From Candidatus Zambryskibacteria bacterium RIFOXYD1_FULL_40_13 (GTDB lineage: Bacteria > Patescibacteriota > Minisyncoccia > Phycocordibacterales > DATDWN01): a stretch of 64,000 nt of DNA. The stretch's first letter is position 1. Each line of letters opens with the position of its first letter. The position numbers and the translations under genes are program-made. Under the pieces are notes generated by a model. It made no database searches and was not told where the DNA came from. It saw only the letters and a list, made by a program, of their open reading frames with translations. Below, piece by piece: positions 1-8,158 of the stretch. The stretch is from NCBI GenBank assembly GCA_001824295.1, contig MHWY01000002.1, positions 73,354-137,353 on the forward strand, in the 5' to 3' direction.

Positions 1-1
1 G

Positions 2-115
2 AGAGAATCTGGTATTAGAGGTTTTATATCAAAAGGAATAAACATTTTGTCCATAAAGGATGTGACTCCGGTGCCACATAATGGACCAAAACCAAAGAAA
101 CCACGAAGAGTGTAA
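2..115 (+). CDS. rpsK: 30S ribosomal protein S11, 3' fragment (gene starts upstream of window)
   Basis: The frame ending at TAA 113-115 translates ...[23 protein letters not shown], the conserved S11 C-terminus. It lies directly upstream of rpsD. Confidence 0.85.
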   Translation, partial: RESGIRGFISKGINILSIKDVTPVPHNGPKPKKPRRV

Positions 116-177
116 ACGAGTTTATAAAGTCAAAAGTCTATAAAGTTCATAAAGTAAAATCCAAATAAAATAAAACA

Positions 178-786
178 ATGATAATCGGACCAAAATACAA
201 AATAGCTAGACGCCTTGGGGCCCCAATATTTGAGAAAACTCAAACACAGAAATATGCATTGCATTTGGAGCGAAAGGGAAAAAAGCGTGGTTTTTCTAAA
301 GCGAAATCAGAATATGGCTTGCAGATGAATGAAAAGCAAAAAGCCAGATTTACTTATGGTTTATCCGAAAAGCAGTTTTCAAACTATGTTAAAGAAGCTT
401 TGACAAAGAAGACACCCAATACCTCACAAACCATCTATGAGTATTTGGAGTTAAGACTGGATAACGTTTTGTACAGGTTGGGATTTTCTACCACAAGACT
501 TGGTAGTCGTCAGATAGTCTCGCATGGTCACGTAATGGTAAATGGCAGAAAGGTAGATACTCCATCTAGACGACTTATTCTTGGAGATAAGGTTGAAATA
601 ACCCCTCGTTCACTTGCAAAGCCCATATTTAAAGATTTAGATGACAAAATCAGAAATGTTGTTGTTCCATCATGGATAAAGTTTGATTCAGCAAAAAAAG
701 TGGCCGAAATTCAGGGCAAGCCACAGATGGTCAAGACAGAAAATATGTTTGATTTAAACGCTGTTATAGAATTCTATAGTAGATAA
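178..786 (+). CDS. rpsD: 30S ribosomal protein S4
   Basis: The ORF product is S4-like throughout (GPKYKIARRLG..., VSHGHVMVNGRKV). It sits in the rpsK-rpsD-rpoA-rplQ order. Confidence 0.95.
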   Translation: MIIGPKYKIARRLGAPIFEKTQTQKYALHLERKGKKRGFSKAKSEYGLQMNEKQKARFTYGLSEKQFSNYVKEALTKKTPNTSQTIYEYLELRLDNVLYRLGFSTTRLGSRQIVSHGHVMVNGRKVDTPSRRLILGDKVEITPRSLAKPIFKDLDDKIRNVVVPSWIKFDSAKKVAEIQGKPQMVKTENMFDLNAVIEFYSR

Positions 787-856
787 TGTTTTGTTCTGGT
801 CTTGCAAAGTTATGTATATTAATGTAGAATTTATCAATTAATTTTTTAAACAAACC

Positions 857-1813
857 ATGTCTGATTTTACAATTGTATTGCCATCAAAACCCAAAATTGT
901 ATCTGAGGTAGAGTTCAGCGGTTCATATGAAATCGATGGATTGTACCCCGGCTATGGACACACACTAGGAAACTCACTGAGACGTATTATTTTGTCTTCT
1001 CTTCCTGGGTCTTCTGTTACAGCTGTGAAGATTACTGGAGTAGCGCATGAGTTTTCAGTTATTCCTCATGTAAAAGAAGATGTTATTACCATTCTTCTTA
1101 ACTTGAAAAAAATACGATTGAATGTTGTAAGTAATGAGCCACAAATATTATCGCTAAAGGTTAAGGGAGTGAAGGAGGTTACAGCAGGAAATATTAAATT
1201 ATCCGGTGGTGTTGAGGTACTAAATCCAGAATTGGTAATTGCAAATTTGACAGACAAGAACGCAGACCTTGATATGGAAATTACAGTAGAAAAAGGGCTT
1301 GGTTTTGTATCAAAGGAAGTTCTTCAGAAAAACAGAGTAGACATCGGGCAGATAACTCTTGATGCTATTTTCACACCGATAAGACGAGTAAGTTATGAAG
1401 TGGAAAATATGCGAGTTGGTGACAGAACTGACTTCAACCGCCTGAAAATTTTTATTGAGACAGACGGGACAATTACACCAAAGGAAGCACTTGAGAAATC
1501 AATCGAAACAATGATTAATCAACTTAAGGCTATAATCGGTTTCAAGGAAGAAGAGGTTATGGTTCCAGCTGAATCAAGGAAAGCAGGGGAGTCTCACAAA
1601 GTTGACATGGATGACGAGGTTCTAAAGACCCGAATAGAGACCCTTAACCTATCTGCCAGGACACTTAATGCTTTGGCAAATGCAAATATCCGCACTGTTG
1701 GTGGTTTGACACGCAAGAAAGAAAAGGATATTTTGGAAATTGAAGGTTTGGGTCAAAAGGCTTTAACGGAAATTAAGGAAGTTTTGAGTGCTCTTGGAAT
1801 AACACTAAAATAG
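857..1813 (+). CDS. rpoA: DNA-directed RNA polymerase subunit alpha
   Basis: The N-terminal domain is alpha-like (GYGHTLGNSLRRILLSS) and the C-terminal domain fits the alpha CTD (...LSARTLNAL...). Confidence 0.95.
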   Translation: MSDFTIVLPSKPKIVSEVEFSGSYEIDGLYPGYGHTLGNSLRRIILSSLPGSSVTAVKITGVAHEFSVIPHVKEDVITILLNLKKIRLNVVSNEPQILSLKVKGVKEVTAGNIKLSGGVEVLNPELVIANLTDKNADLDMEITVEKGLGFVSKEVLQKNRVDIGQITLDAIFTPIRRVSYEVENMRVGDRTDFNRLKIFIETDGTITPKEALEKSIETMINQLKAIIGFKEEEVMVPAESRKAGESHKVDMDDEVLKTRIETLNLSARTLNALANANIRTVGGLTRKKEKDILEIEGLGQKALTEIKEVLSALGITLK

Positions 1814-1822
1814 GATGTATGA

Positions 1823-1947
1823 CCCGGTAGTAGAAAATGACATTGAATAAATTCAAGTAATAAGTAATATGAACAAGTCAACATTAACAACAGATAACCA
1901 TAAAATAACATTTTGCTCGTAGAGCGATGTCATTTTTCACTACCGGG
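1823..1947. repeat. Palindromic element copy 1 (TIRs CCCGGTAGTAGAAAATGACATTG / GATGTCATTTTTCACTACCGGG, ~80-bp AT-rich spacer)
   Basis: The two arms are 20/22 nt complementary. It lies between the rpoA stop and the rplQ start. The spacer contains the gctcgtagagc hairpin. Confidence 0.6.
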
Positions 1948-2295
1948 ATGAATCACCACAAAAAAACCAGAAAATTTGGAAGATTAAAAAAAGTCAGAGA
2001 CGAAATGATGAAGTCTCTTGCCCTGTCTCTTGTTTTAAAAGGCAAAATAAAAACAACAGACGCAAAGGCTAGAGAACTTAGACCTTTTGTGGAGAAACTT
2101 GTTAGCCAAGGAAGAATCGGTACGGTCGCATCAAGGAGAGCACTAGTAGCAAAGGTTGGAAATCTCGGTGCTGACAAGATAGTCAAGGATTTATCACCAA
2201 AGTATCTGAAGAGGGCAGGGGGATATACTCGCATAACAAAACTTCCAGCAAGAGTCAGTGACGGTAGTCTTATGGCCGTTATTGAATTTGTATAA
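1948..2295 (+). CDS. rplQ: 50S ribosomal protein L17
   Basis: The product is L17-like (HHKKTRKFGRLKK...). The start was moved to the second Met (MNHHKK). The 21 nt upstream are a palindromic-element arm, not L17 sequence. Confidence 0.88.
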   Translation: MNHHKKTRKFGRLKKVRDEMMKSLALSLVLKGKIKTTDAKARELRPFVEKLVSQGRIGTVASRRALVAKVGNLGADKIVKDLSPKYLKRAGGYTRITKLPARVSDGSLMAVIEFV

Positions 2296-2304
2296 CAAAA
2301 TTTT

Positions 2305-2649
2305 ATGAAATACACACTTGATGCACAAAATAAGAAAATCGGAAGAGTAGCAACGCAAGCTGCTGTATATCTCATGGGTAAAAATACTCCATCCTTCAAA
2401 CGAAATTTAAACCCAGAAACTGTTGTGGAGATAATAAACGCATCCAAAGCTTCAGTTGCAGAAACTAAAATGGATACAAAGACATATAGTAGATACTCCG
2501 GATATCCTGGAGGATTAAAGCAACCCACAATGAAACAAGTAATCGTAAAAAAGGGGTATTCCGAGATAATGAGAGAGGCGGTTTCAGGCATGATTCCAAA
2601 AAATAAACTTAGAGCAAAAATGTTGAAAAATTTAATAATTACAGAATAA
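2305..2649 (+). CDS. rplM: 50S ribosomal protein L13
   Basis: The product is L13-like, and the gene forms the usual rplM-rpsI pair. Confidence 0.93.
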   Translation: MKYTLDAQNKKIGRVATQAAVYLMGKNTPSFKRNLNPETVVEIINASKASVAETKMDTKTYSRYSGYPGGLKQPTMKQVIVKKGYSEIMREAVSGMIPKNKLRAKMLKNLIITE

Positions 2650-2660
2650 TACATACCAAA

Positions 2661-3062
2661 ATGGAAACAAAGTCAGGAGAAAGATATATAGAAACAGTTG
2701 GTCGCCGAAAGACAAGTGTGGCGCGTGTTCGTATTACACCAGCAACAAAGACCACTTTTTTGGTTAATGAAAAAGAGCTAGAAAACTATTTTCCAACAAA
2801 AGAAATGCAGAATATTGTGAGACAAGCTCTTTCTGATATCAAGGATAAATTCAAAGTCACTGTTAAAATAAACGGTGGTGGAATTCACTCACAGTCTGAA
2901 GCTGTACGACATGGTATAGCTAGAGCCCTAGTAAGCTTCGATTTAGAACTAAGAAAATCACTTAAGAAGGCAGGCTACCTAAAACGAGACCCTCGAAGTA
3001 AAGAGAGACGAAAATTCGGATTGAAGAAGGCAAGGAAGGCTCCTCAGTGGTCAAAACGATAA
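2661..3062 (+). CDS. rpsI: 30S ribosomal protein S9
   Basis: The product carries the S9 C-terminus ...GYLKRDPRSKERRKFGLKKARKAPQWSKR. Confidence 0.95.
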   Translation: METKSGERYIETVGRRKTSVARVRITPATKTTFLVNEKELENYFPTKEMQNIVRQALSDIKDKFKVTVKINGGGIHSQSEAVRHGIARALVSFDLELRKSLKKAGYLKRDPRSKERRKFGLKKARKAPQWSKR

Positions 3063-3077
3063 AGTCTTCTCCACATC

Positions 3078-3251
3078 ATGATTTATAGACACGCATAAAC
3101 CCCTATTGGGGTTTTGCTATTCTCGTCGATCAAGAAAACAATCTTCCTCGACACTGGCACTCTCGCAAACTCGGCTTTGCCTCAAACAATGCTTCGTGCT
3201 GACGTGCCTCGTCGTTGTTTTCTAATTGACTGCGAAATGTCTATAAATCAT
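3078..3251. repeat. Conserved ~150-bp intergenic element, copy A
   Basis: It has 13-bp complementary arms: ATGATTTATAGAC at 3078-3090 and GTCTATAAATCAT at 3239-3251. The arms enclose the rpsI terminator and a ~125-bp core (ctattctcgtcgatcaagaaaacaat...cgtcgttgttttctaattgactgcgaaatg). The core is nearly identical to positions 7289-7446. Confidence 0.6.
3097..3115 (+). terminator. Intrinsic terminator of rpsI (aaaCCCCtattGGGGtttt)
   Basis: A perfect 4-bp GC stem is followed by a T-tract, 35 nt after the rpsI stop codon. Confidence 0.6.
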
Positions 3252-3279
3252 GGTGTGTCGAATTGATGAAATTAAATAA

Positions 3280-3334
3280 GGAAAAACCGCCAGTCGTGTG
3301 TGACTGGGGGATTTCCCCAGCGCCACGATGGCGG
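3280..3334 (-). terminator. GC-rich intrinsic terminator T1 (ccgccatcgtg...cacgactggcgg + TTTTTCC on the minus strand)
   Basis: A long GC-rich hairpin is followed by a T-tract on the minus strand. It lies directly downstream of the small minus-strand ORF ending at 3335. Both of its ends are shared with T2 at 3750-3804. Confidence 0.6.
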
Positions 3335-3496
3335 TTATATGTTGAGGCTCCCATTTGCCCGAAGGGCAGTCTGCGCCTCCTGTGTACTTCGAAGTGTTTT
3401 TTCCCACTCGTGGTATCTCTTGAGCTGTTTCTCGAGCCGTTTGACCTTTCTCTCGAGTTGCTCTCTCGTCAACCTCTTCTTTAGTACTATTGCCAT
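3335..3496 (-). CDS. Small Lys/Arg/Glu-rich coiled-coil protein, 53 aa (MAIVLKKRLTREQLERKVKRLEKQLKRYHEWEKTLRSTQEAQTALRANGSLNI). Not in the ORF track.
   Basis: The ATG at 3496 is preceded by GGGAGGAAGG. The terminator T1 follows. The ORF sits in a GC-rich island with a3/a2/a1 gene organisation. Confidence 0.45.
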   Translation of the reverse strand: MAIVLKKRLTREQLERKVKRLEKQLKRYHEWEKTLRSTQEAQTALRANGSLNI

Positions 3497-3509
3497 GCCT
3501 TCCTCCCGG

Positions 3510-3686
3510 TTATTCTGTTGGGTCGCTATCGTCGCTCATCCCAAAGATGAACGACCCACACGGGCACGTCGGCCATTCGGCCAAAGCCCCTTCGGGCTGT
3601 GTCTTTGGGAGCTGACTGTGTTCCTCCTCGCTGAACTTCTTGCCGCAGGTCATGCAGTGGTAGATGGTCTTGATTACCTTCGACAT
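3510..3686 (-). CDS. Small Cys-rich zinc-ribbon-like protein, 58 aa (MSKVIKTIYHCMTCGKKFSEEEHSQLPKTQPEGALAEWPTCPCGSFIFGMSDDSDPTE). Not in the ORF track.
   Basis: The ATG at 3686 is preceded by GGAGGG, 9 nt upstream. The protein contains CxxC...CPC. The codon usage is GC-rich. Confidence 0.5.
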   Translation of the reverse strand: MSKVIKTIYHCMTCGKKFSEEEHSQLPKTQPEGALAEWPTCPCGSFIFGMSDDSDPTE

Positions 3687-3749
3687 GGTCGGTACCCTCC
3701 ATTTATCAATTTACCACCATTTAATACTCTGTCAATCAGATTTTATATA

Positions 3750-3804
3750 GGAAAACCGCCAGTCGTGCTAGGCTGGCGGAATTCCGCACAGCGCCACGTT
3801 GGCG
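3750..3804 (-). terminator. GC-rich intrinsic terminator T2, paralogous to T1
   Basis: The hairpin ccgccaacgtggcg...ccagcctagcacgactggcgg is followed by TTTTCCTATAT on the minus strand. It lies 13 nt downstream of the ORF ending at 3817. Confidence 0.6.
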
Positions 3805-3816
3805 GTGTTGGTCTGA

Positions 3817-4062
3817 CTAGACCTTGAAGGTGAACCTATAGTTACCAAATCTCACGGACGACCATGCACCCTCACCCTCGAGGTACCGTCGCCTCACCTC
3901 TGCGATCACTCGCTCTGTCGGGAGCGTGTTGATGTTGACCATGTACTCTGTCTCTCCCGGTCGGAACAGGCTCTCGAGTTTACTGTCGATCTCCACCTCT
4001 AACGAGGTGGCAACCCGCATCTCTTCGTCGGTCAGCTTCAAATCTCTCGGCTTGAGCGCCAT
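3817..4062 (-). CDS. Hypothetical protein, 81 aa, GC-rich ORFan
   Basis: The ATG at 4062 is preceded by AAGGGGG. The GC content is elevated against an AT-rich backbone, and the terminator T2 lies downstream. Confidence 0.55.
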   Translation of the reverse strand: MALKPRDLKLTDEEMRVATSLEVEIDSKLESLFRPGETEYMVNINTLPTERVIAEVRRRYLEGEGAWSSVRFGNYRFTFKV

Positions 4063-4159
4063 ATGGCACCCCCTTTCTTCTTCCTAAGTAATAGCACATA
4101 CCTTTGTATCTGTCAACTATTTTTGAATACTTTAAATACTATGTTAAAATACACACAAC

Positions 4160-4771
4160 ATGACAGATGAAGATAAAAAAGATATTGAAAATAACGACAT
4201 TTTGGCGGAAGAGCCAGAAATAGACACCGACCCTGGAGACGATGTGGTGTTTGAGGATAACACAGAAGTTACAGGAGCTGATTATAAGATTAAAACGGAC
4301 AAACTTCGTACTAAAATAAAAGAATTGGAAAAGAAAAATGCTGAACTCCTAGATGGCTGGCAGAGGGACAAAGCTGAATTCGTTAATGCTAGAAAAAGGG
4401 ACGAAGAGCAGAAAATGGAGTTTTTGAAGTTTTCAAAGGCGGATATTATTGCTGAACTTCTCGCAGTTTTGGATTCTTTTGAATCTGCGTTTAAAAATAA
4501 GGAAGCCTGGGAAAAGGCAGACAAAAATTGGAGAATGGGTGTAGAATACATCCACACTCAACTCATGAACATAATGACTCAGAATGGTTTGAAGGTTGTA
4601 AACCCAGTGGGGGAGAATTATGACCACAATAGGGATGAGGCGGTAGAGACAGTAAAAGTTGACGACGAAAAAGATAATGATAAAATATTGGACGTAATAC
4701 GGGTAGGGTATGAGTTACATGGTAAAGAAATAAGGCCACCAAAGGTAAAAGTTGGACATTATGAAAAATAA
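4160..4771 (+). CDS. grpE: Nucleotide exchange factor GrpE
   Basis: The product has a GrpE-like coiled coil followed by a C-terminal beta domain. The gene lies upstream of dnaK. Confidence 0.93.
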   Translation: MTDEDKKDIENNDILAEEPEIDTDPGDDVVFEDNTEVTGADYKIKTDKLRTKIKELEKKNAELLDGWQRDKAEFVNARKRDEEQKMEFLKFSKADIIAELLAVLDSFESAFKNKEAWEKADKNWRMGVEYIHTQLMNIMTQNGLKVVNPVGENYDHNRDEAVETVKVDDEKDNDKILDVIRVGYELHGKEIRPPKVKVGHYEK

Positions 4772-5069
4772 TATTTTAATAACACAGCCGATTGGGAGTT
4801 TCGTACAAAGAATAATCCGAGACAAGAACGGGCAACTTGTTCGTGCTACTTTTTGTGTGTACGAATGTTCTGGGCACATCAAAGCTCGCCTTATAACTGC
4901 TGAACTTATTCAGGAGGTATTACCATATAAGAAAATCTTTGCTTTGGCTGGTTTCGTTCAGAAGGAATTCAGAAACTGGATTTTAAATGTGGGTAAAGTT
5001 GTCTCACCTTATTTTAGTTTAAACACATTATTCTTCTCAGGCTCTAAGCCAAGAGCACCAACTTTTTAA
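4752..5069 (+). CDS. Hypothetical protein, 105 aa
   Basis: The ORF uses AT-rich, backbone-like codons and lies between grpE and dnaK. No motif was recognised. Confidence 0.4.
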   Translation: MDIMKNNILITQPIGSFVQRIIRDKNGQLVRATFCVYECSGHIKARLITAELIQEVLPYKKIFALAGFVQKEFRNWILNVGKVVSPYFSLNTLFFSGSKPRAPTF

Positions 5070-5071
5070 TA

Positions 5072-5105
5072 AATGAGAACGCCGAGAACGATGGCGTTCT
5101 CGGCG
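5072..5105 (-). terminator. GC-rich intrinsic terminator (cgccgagaacg-ccat-cgttctcggcg + T-rich on the minus strand)
   Basis: A perfect 11-bp stem lies directly downstream of the minus-strand small ORF ending at 5109. Confidence 0.6.
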
Positions 5106-5108
5106 AGG

Positions 5109-5300
5109 TTACTTCTTCGTGACGGGGAACAGTCGAAGTGTCATGGAATCTTCGGGAGTTGCCGGCCAAGTGTTTGGACCGAGCATCAGCATACCGCCAG
5201 GCCCGCCGGCAACCCTCAACACTTTTGCGAGGATTCGGGCCTCTTCTGAGGTTTCTGTGATGAGCAGAACGTCATCTACGGTCTCTTCGATCAGCTTCAT
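5109..5300 (-). CDS. Small GC-rich ORFan, 63 aa (MKLIEETVDDVLLITETSEEARILAKVLRVAGGPGG...)
   Basis: The start is placed at ATG 5300, which has TAAGGAG 9 nt upstream. The ORF-track start at 5330 is probably too long. The GC content is elevated and the ORF has its own terminator. Confidence 0.55.
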   Translation of the reverse strand: MKLIEETVDDVLLITETSEEARILAKVLRVAGGPGGMLMLGPNTWPATPEDSMTLRLFPVTKK

Positions 5301-5369
5301 GTGCACACTCCTTACTAAACAATATAACATTATATAATAATTGTCAATTATAAATTTAAACTAAAAATT

Positions 5370-7271
5370 ATGAGTAAAACAATTGGTATAGATTTAGGAA
5401 CAACAAACTCTGCCGTGGCCATAATGGAGGCAGGAAATCCAAAAATATTAGAAAATGCAGAGGGTGCTAGAACAACACCTTCCATTATTGCTGTCTCCAA
5501 AACTGGAGAAAGAATTGTTGGTCTCTTAGCCAAGAGACAGGCAGTAACAAATCCAAAGAACACAATCTTTGGTATAAAGAGATTTATTGGTCACACATTT
5601 GATGATGAAGGTGTGCAGAAGGACAAAGCCGTAGTGCCTTTTGAGGTGCTTAAATCAACAACTGGTGGGGTGAAGGTAAAAATGTCAGATAAGGAATACA
5701 CACCAGAGGAAATTTCAGCAATGGTTCTTTCAAAAATCAAGGCGGATGTTGAAGCAAAGATTGGTGAGAAAGTTACAGATGCAATCATTACAGTACCTGC
5801 ATACTTTAACGACTCCCAAAGACAAGCCACAAAGGATGCTGGTGCTATTGCGGGGCTTAATGTCCTCAGAATCATAAACGAACCAACAGCCGCCGCACTT
5901 GCCTATGGATTTGATAAGGGCAAGAAGGAAGAAAAAATAGTTGTCTTCGACTTTGGTGGTGGTACATTTGATGTTTCTGTCTTGGAGGTTGGAGATGCTG
6001 TTGTGGAGGTAAAATCAACAGATGGAGACTCACACATGGGAGGCAAGGATATTGACCAAAAGATTATAAACTTCCTAGCAGATGAATTCAAAAAGGAGTC
6101 CGGAATTGATTTGCGAACCGATACTCTTGCATTACAGAGACTAGATGAATCAGCGGAGAAAGCAAAGATTGAACTTTCCACGGCCATGGAGTCAGAAATA
6201 AATATTCCATTTATCACATCAGACGCATCTGGGCCTAAACACCTACTCATTAAACTAAGTCGAGCAAAACTTGAAGAACTAACTAGTGAATTTATTGACA
6301 GAGCAATGGCTATCACAAAAAGGGCTATGGAGGCTTCTGGATTTGCCGTATCAGATATACACGAAGTTATCCTCGTCGGTGGTCAAACTCGTATGCCAAA
6401 AATGGCAGAGAAGGTCAAGGAGTACTTTGGGAAAGAACCAAACAAATCTATTAACCCCGATGAGGTTGTGGCTCTCGGAGCGGCTATACAGGGTGGTATC
6501 CTTGCAGGAGATGTGAAAGATGTCCTGCTCCTAGATGTTATACCATTGTCGCTTGGTATAGAGACAATGGGAGGGGTTGCCACAAAACTTGTAGATAGAA
6601 ATACCACTATTCCAGCCTCTAGATCACAAGTTTTCTCGACCGCAGCCGATAATCAAACTTCTGTAGAGATACATATTGTGCAAGGAGAGAGAGCTATGGC
6701 TTCGGACAACAAGTCTCTTGGAAGGTTTATCTTAGACGGGATTCCACCTGCACCACGAGGAATGCCACAAATTGAGGTCTTATTTGACGTGGATGCAAAC
6801 GGTATTTTGTCAGTAAAGGCAAAGGATAAGGCTACAAGCAAAGAGCAGTCAATCCGCATTGAAGCACGCTCAAGTCTGTCAAAAGAAGAAATAGAAAAGA
6901 TGCAAAAAGATGCAGAAATGCACGCCCAGGATGACTTGAAGAAAAAAGATTTGGTTGAAGCTAAAAATATAAGTGAACAGCTTATCTACACCGCCGAGAA
7001 ATCGCTTCGTGATGCTGGGGAGAAAGTACCAGCTGAGCTTCGGGTTTCTATCGAAAACAAAGTTACAGACCTTAAGAAAATAAATGATGGAGATGATATG
7101 GAGGCAATTAAGAAAGCCACAACAGAGCTTTCCACAGAGCTTTCCAAAGTAGGGGAGATAATAAACAAAGCCGCACAGGCCGAAGGAGCGAAGAGCGACG
7201 GAGGTGCCGGCACTCAGCAGAGTGACGACAAGGTACGTGATGCGGATTTTGAGGAGAAGAAGGCGGAATAG
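5370..7271 (+). CDS. dnaK: Chaperone DnaK (Hsp70)
   Basis: The product carries the Hsp70 signatures [16 protein letters not shown] and [11 protein letters not shown]. Confidence 0.98.
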   Translation: MSKTIGIDLGTTNSAVAIMEAGNPKILENAEGARTTPSIIAVSKTGERIVGLLAKRQAVTNPKNTIFGIKRFIGHTFDDEGVQKDKAVVPFEVLKSTTGGVKVKMSDKEYTPEEISAMVLSKIKADVEAKIGEKVTDAIITVPAYFNDSQRQATKDAGAIAGLNVLRIINEPTAAALAYGFDKGKKEEKIVVFDFGGGTFDVSVLEVGDAVVEVKSTDGDSHMGGKDIDQKIINFLADEFKKESGIDLRTDTLALQRLDESAEKAKIELSTAMESEINIPFITSDASGPKHLLIKLSRAKLEELTSEFIDRAMAITKRAMEASGFAVSDIHEVILVGGQTRMPKMAEKVKEYFGKEPNKSINPDEVVALGAAIQGGILAGDVKDVLLLDVIPLSLGIETMGGVATKLVDRNTTIPASRSQVFSTAADNQTSVEIHIVQGERAMASDNKSLGRFILDGIPPAPRGMPQIEVLFDVDANGILSVKAKDKATSKEQSIRIEARSSLSKEEIEKMQKDAEMHAQDDLKKKDLVEAKNISEQLIYTAEKSLRDAGEKVPAELRVSIENKVTDLKKINDGDDMEAIKKATTELSTELSKVGEIINKAAQAEGAKSDGGAGTQQSDDKVRDADFEEKKAE

Positions 7272-7275
7272 TTTT

Positions 7276-7459
7276 CTTAATTTAGAACACGTATAAATCG
7301 TTGGTACGATTTTACTATTCTCGTCAATCAAGAAAACAATTTTCCTCAGTGCTGGCCCTTTCGCAAACTCCTCGTTGATTACAACTTCGTCAAACAGTGC
7401 TTCGGGCAGGCGCACTTCGTCGTTGTTTTCTAATTGACTGCGAAATGTTCTAAAATTAA
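7276..7459. repeat. Conserved ~150-bp intergenic element, copy B
   Basis: The arms are CTTAATTTAGAAC at 7276-7288 and GTTCTAAAATTAAG at 7446-7459. They are complementary to each other but differ in sequence from the copy-A arms. The core at 7289-7446 matches 3091-3239. Confidence 0.6.
7295..7314 (+). terminator. Intrinsic terminator of dnaK (aaATCGttggtaCGATtttt)
   Basis: A stem plus T-tract lies 24 nt after the dnaK stop codon. It occupies the same position as the rpsI terminator inside the conserved element. Confidence 0.5.
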
Positions 7460-7483
7460 GAAACTATTCCTCTGGTAGGAAAT

Positions 7484-7533
7484 ACGCAAAAACCCACCAA
7501 CGAAAGTGGACTAGTGCGTCCAGTGTTGGTGGG
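7484..7533 (-). terminator. GC-rich intrinsic terminator (cccaccaac...gttggtggg + TTTTTGCGTAT on the minus strand)
   Basis: The hairpin is followed by a T-tract. A near-identical copy lies at 7756-7804. It sits downstream of the small ORF ending at 7543. Confidence 0.6.
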
Positions 7534-7542
7534 GGGTGGTTG

Positions 7543-7707
7543 TTAGAGTTTCTTCGCGAGACTCTTTTCGAGCCATGATAGTGTAAGGAACACTGTCCCC
7601 ATCACACCACCAAGACCAATGCTCTTGGCGAAGGTGACTCCGAAACCCATACTGATAACACAGACGAGAGCGCCGAGTACCAGGCTTGCGATAGCCGATC
7701 TCTTCAT
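7543..7707 (-). CDS. Small hydrophobic protein, 54 aa (MKRSAIASLVLGALVCVISMGFGVTFAKSIGLGGVMGTVFLTLSWLEKSLAKKL). It is in a different frame from track ORF 7511..7744.
   Basis: The ATG at 7707 is preceded by GGAGGAC. The product looks like a signal peptide or transmembrane segment, and a terminator follows. The track ORF reads through the terminator hairpin and is rejected. Confidence 0.5.
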   Translation of the reverse strand: MKRSAIASLVLGALVCVISMGFGVTFAKSIGLGGVMGTVFLTLSWLEKSLAKKL

Positions 7708-7755
7708 GCAGGTCCTCCAAAATAAATAATATATCAGGAATCACAAATAAACAAT

Positions 7756-7804
7756 ACGCAAAAACCCACCAACGAAAGTGGACTAGTGCGTCCGTGTTGG
7801 TGGG
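7756..7804 (-). terminator. GC-rich intrinsic terminator, paralogue of 7484-7533
   Basis: It shares the cccaccaac/gttggtggg stem. It lies 5 nt downstream of the ORF ending at 7809. Confidence 0.6.
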
Positions 7805-7808
7805 TAGA

Positions 7809-8024
7809 CTACTTCAGGCTAGTCATTTTCCGAAGACGGTTGATGACGGCCTTGCCGCAGTAATTATCAGGCTCTGTCCGGTACCACAGGTTCGTCGATA
7901 CCGTGGATTTCTTGAAGCCTCTTTTCCGTAGCTGGGTCTCCACTTCCTTACGTGTGGCTGGGCCAAAAGGCCCATCGTTTCCCCAAATTGTTCCCGTGTA
8001 GTTCACGACATACTTGGTCTCCAT
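7809..8024 (-). CDS. GC-rich ORFan, 71 aa
   Basis: The ATG at 8024 has AAGGAGG 5 nt upstream. A terminator follows. Confidence 0.55.
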   Translation of the reverse strand: METKYVVNYTGTIWGNDGPFGPATRKEVETQLRKRGFKKSTVSTNLWYRTEPDNYCGKAVINRLRKMTSLK

Positions 8025-8158
8025 CTGTGCCTCCTTAACTAATAATACACCAAATAGTTAAGATAGTCAAGTGCAATAATTATCAAAAAATAGTATTATA
8101 AATTCTGAATTATTTGTAGCCATTCGTTGATTCGTATAATTCGCATATTCGTATCTTT

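Noticed and set aside
3091-3239. Assigning the conserved element to a known RNA family (SRP RNA or 6S RNA)
   Set aside because: The conserved SRP domain IV motif is not present on either strand. 6S RNA has no diagnostic primary sequence and two expressed copies cannot be shown from sequence alone, so the element is left as unknown.
3300-3827. Track ORF 175 aa on the plus strand inside the first GC-rich island
   Set aside because: It is opposite in strand to three SD-led, terminator-bounded minus-strand genes. It has no SD, and its Cys/Arg-rich composition is typical of a GC-driven spurious frame.
6879-7415. Track ORF (178 aa, minus strand) running through conserved element copy B into antisense dnaK. 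Several A-versus-B differences in the element fall at third codon positions of this frame.
   Set aside because: It starts at GTG and is antisense to dnaK for most of its length. In copy A the same frame is interrupted by TGA and the indel between copies is 10 nt (not a multiple of 3). The coding signal is therefore not conserved.
7511-7744. Track ORF 77 aa (minus strand) in the GC-rich island
   Set aside because: It reads straight through the terminator hairpin (...HQHWTH) and lacks an SD. A different frame gives an SD-led 54-aa hydrophobic protein (7543-7707) that stops before the terminator.
3250-8040. Integron (attI/attC cassette array) interpretation of the GC-rich small-gene cassettes
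   Set aside because: No intI-like integrase is present and the cassettes are dispersed at more than five separate loci. No R'/R'' core sites (GTTRRRY) were found. It is kept only as an analogy in the findings.
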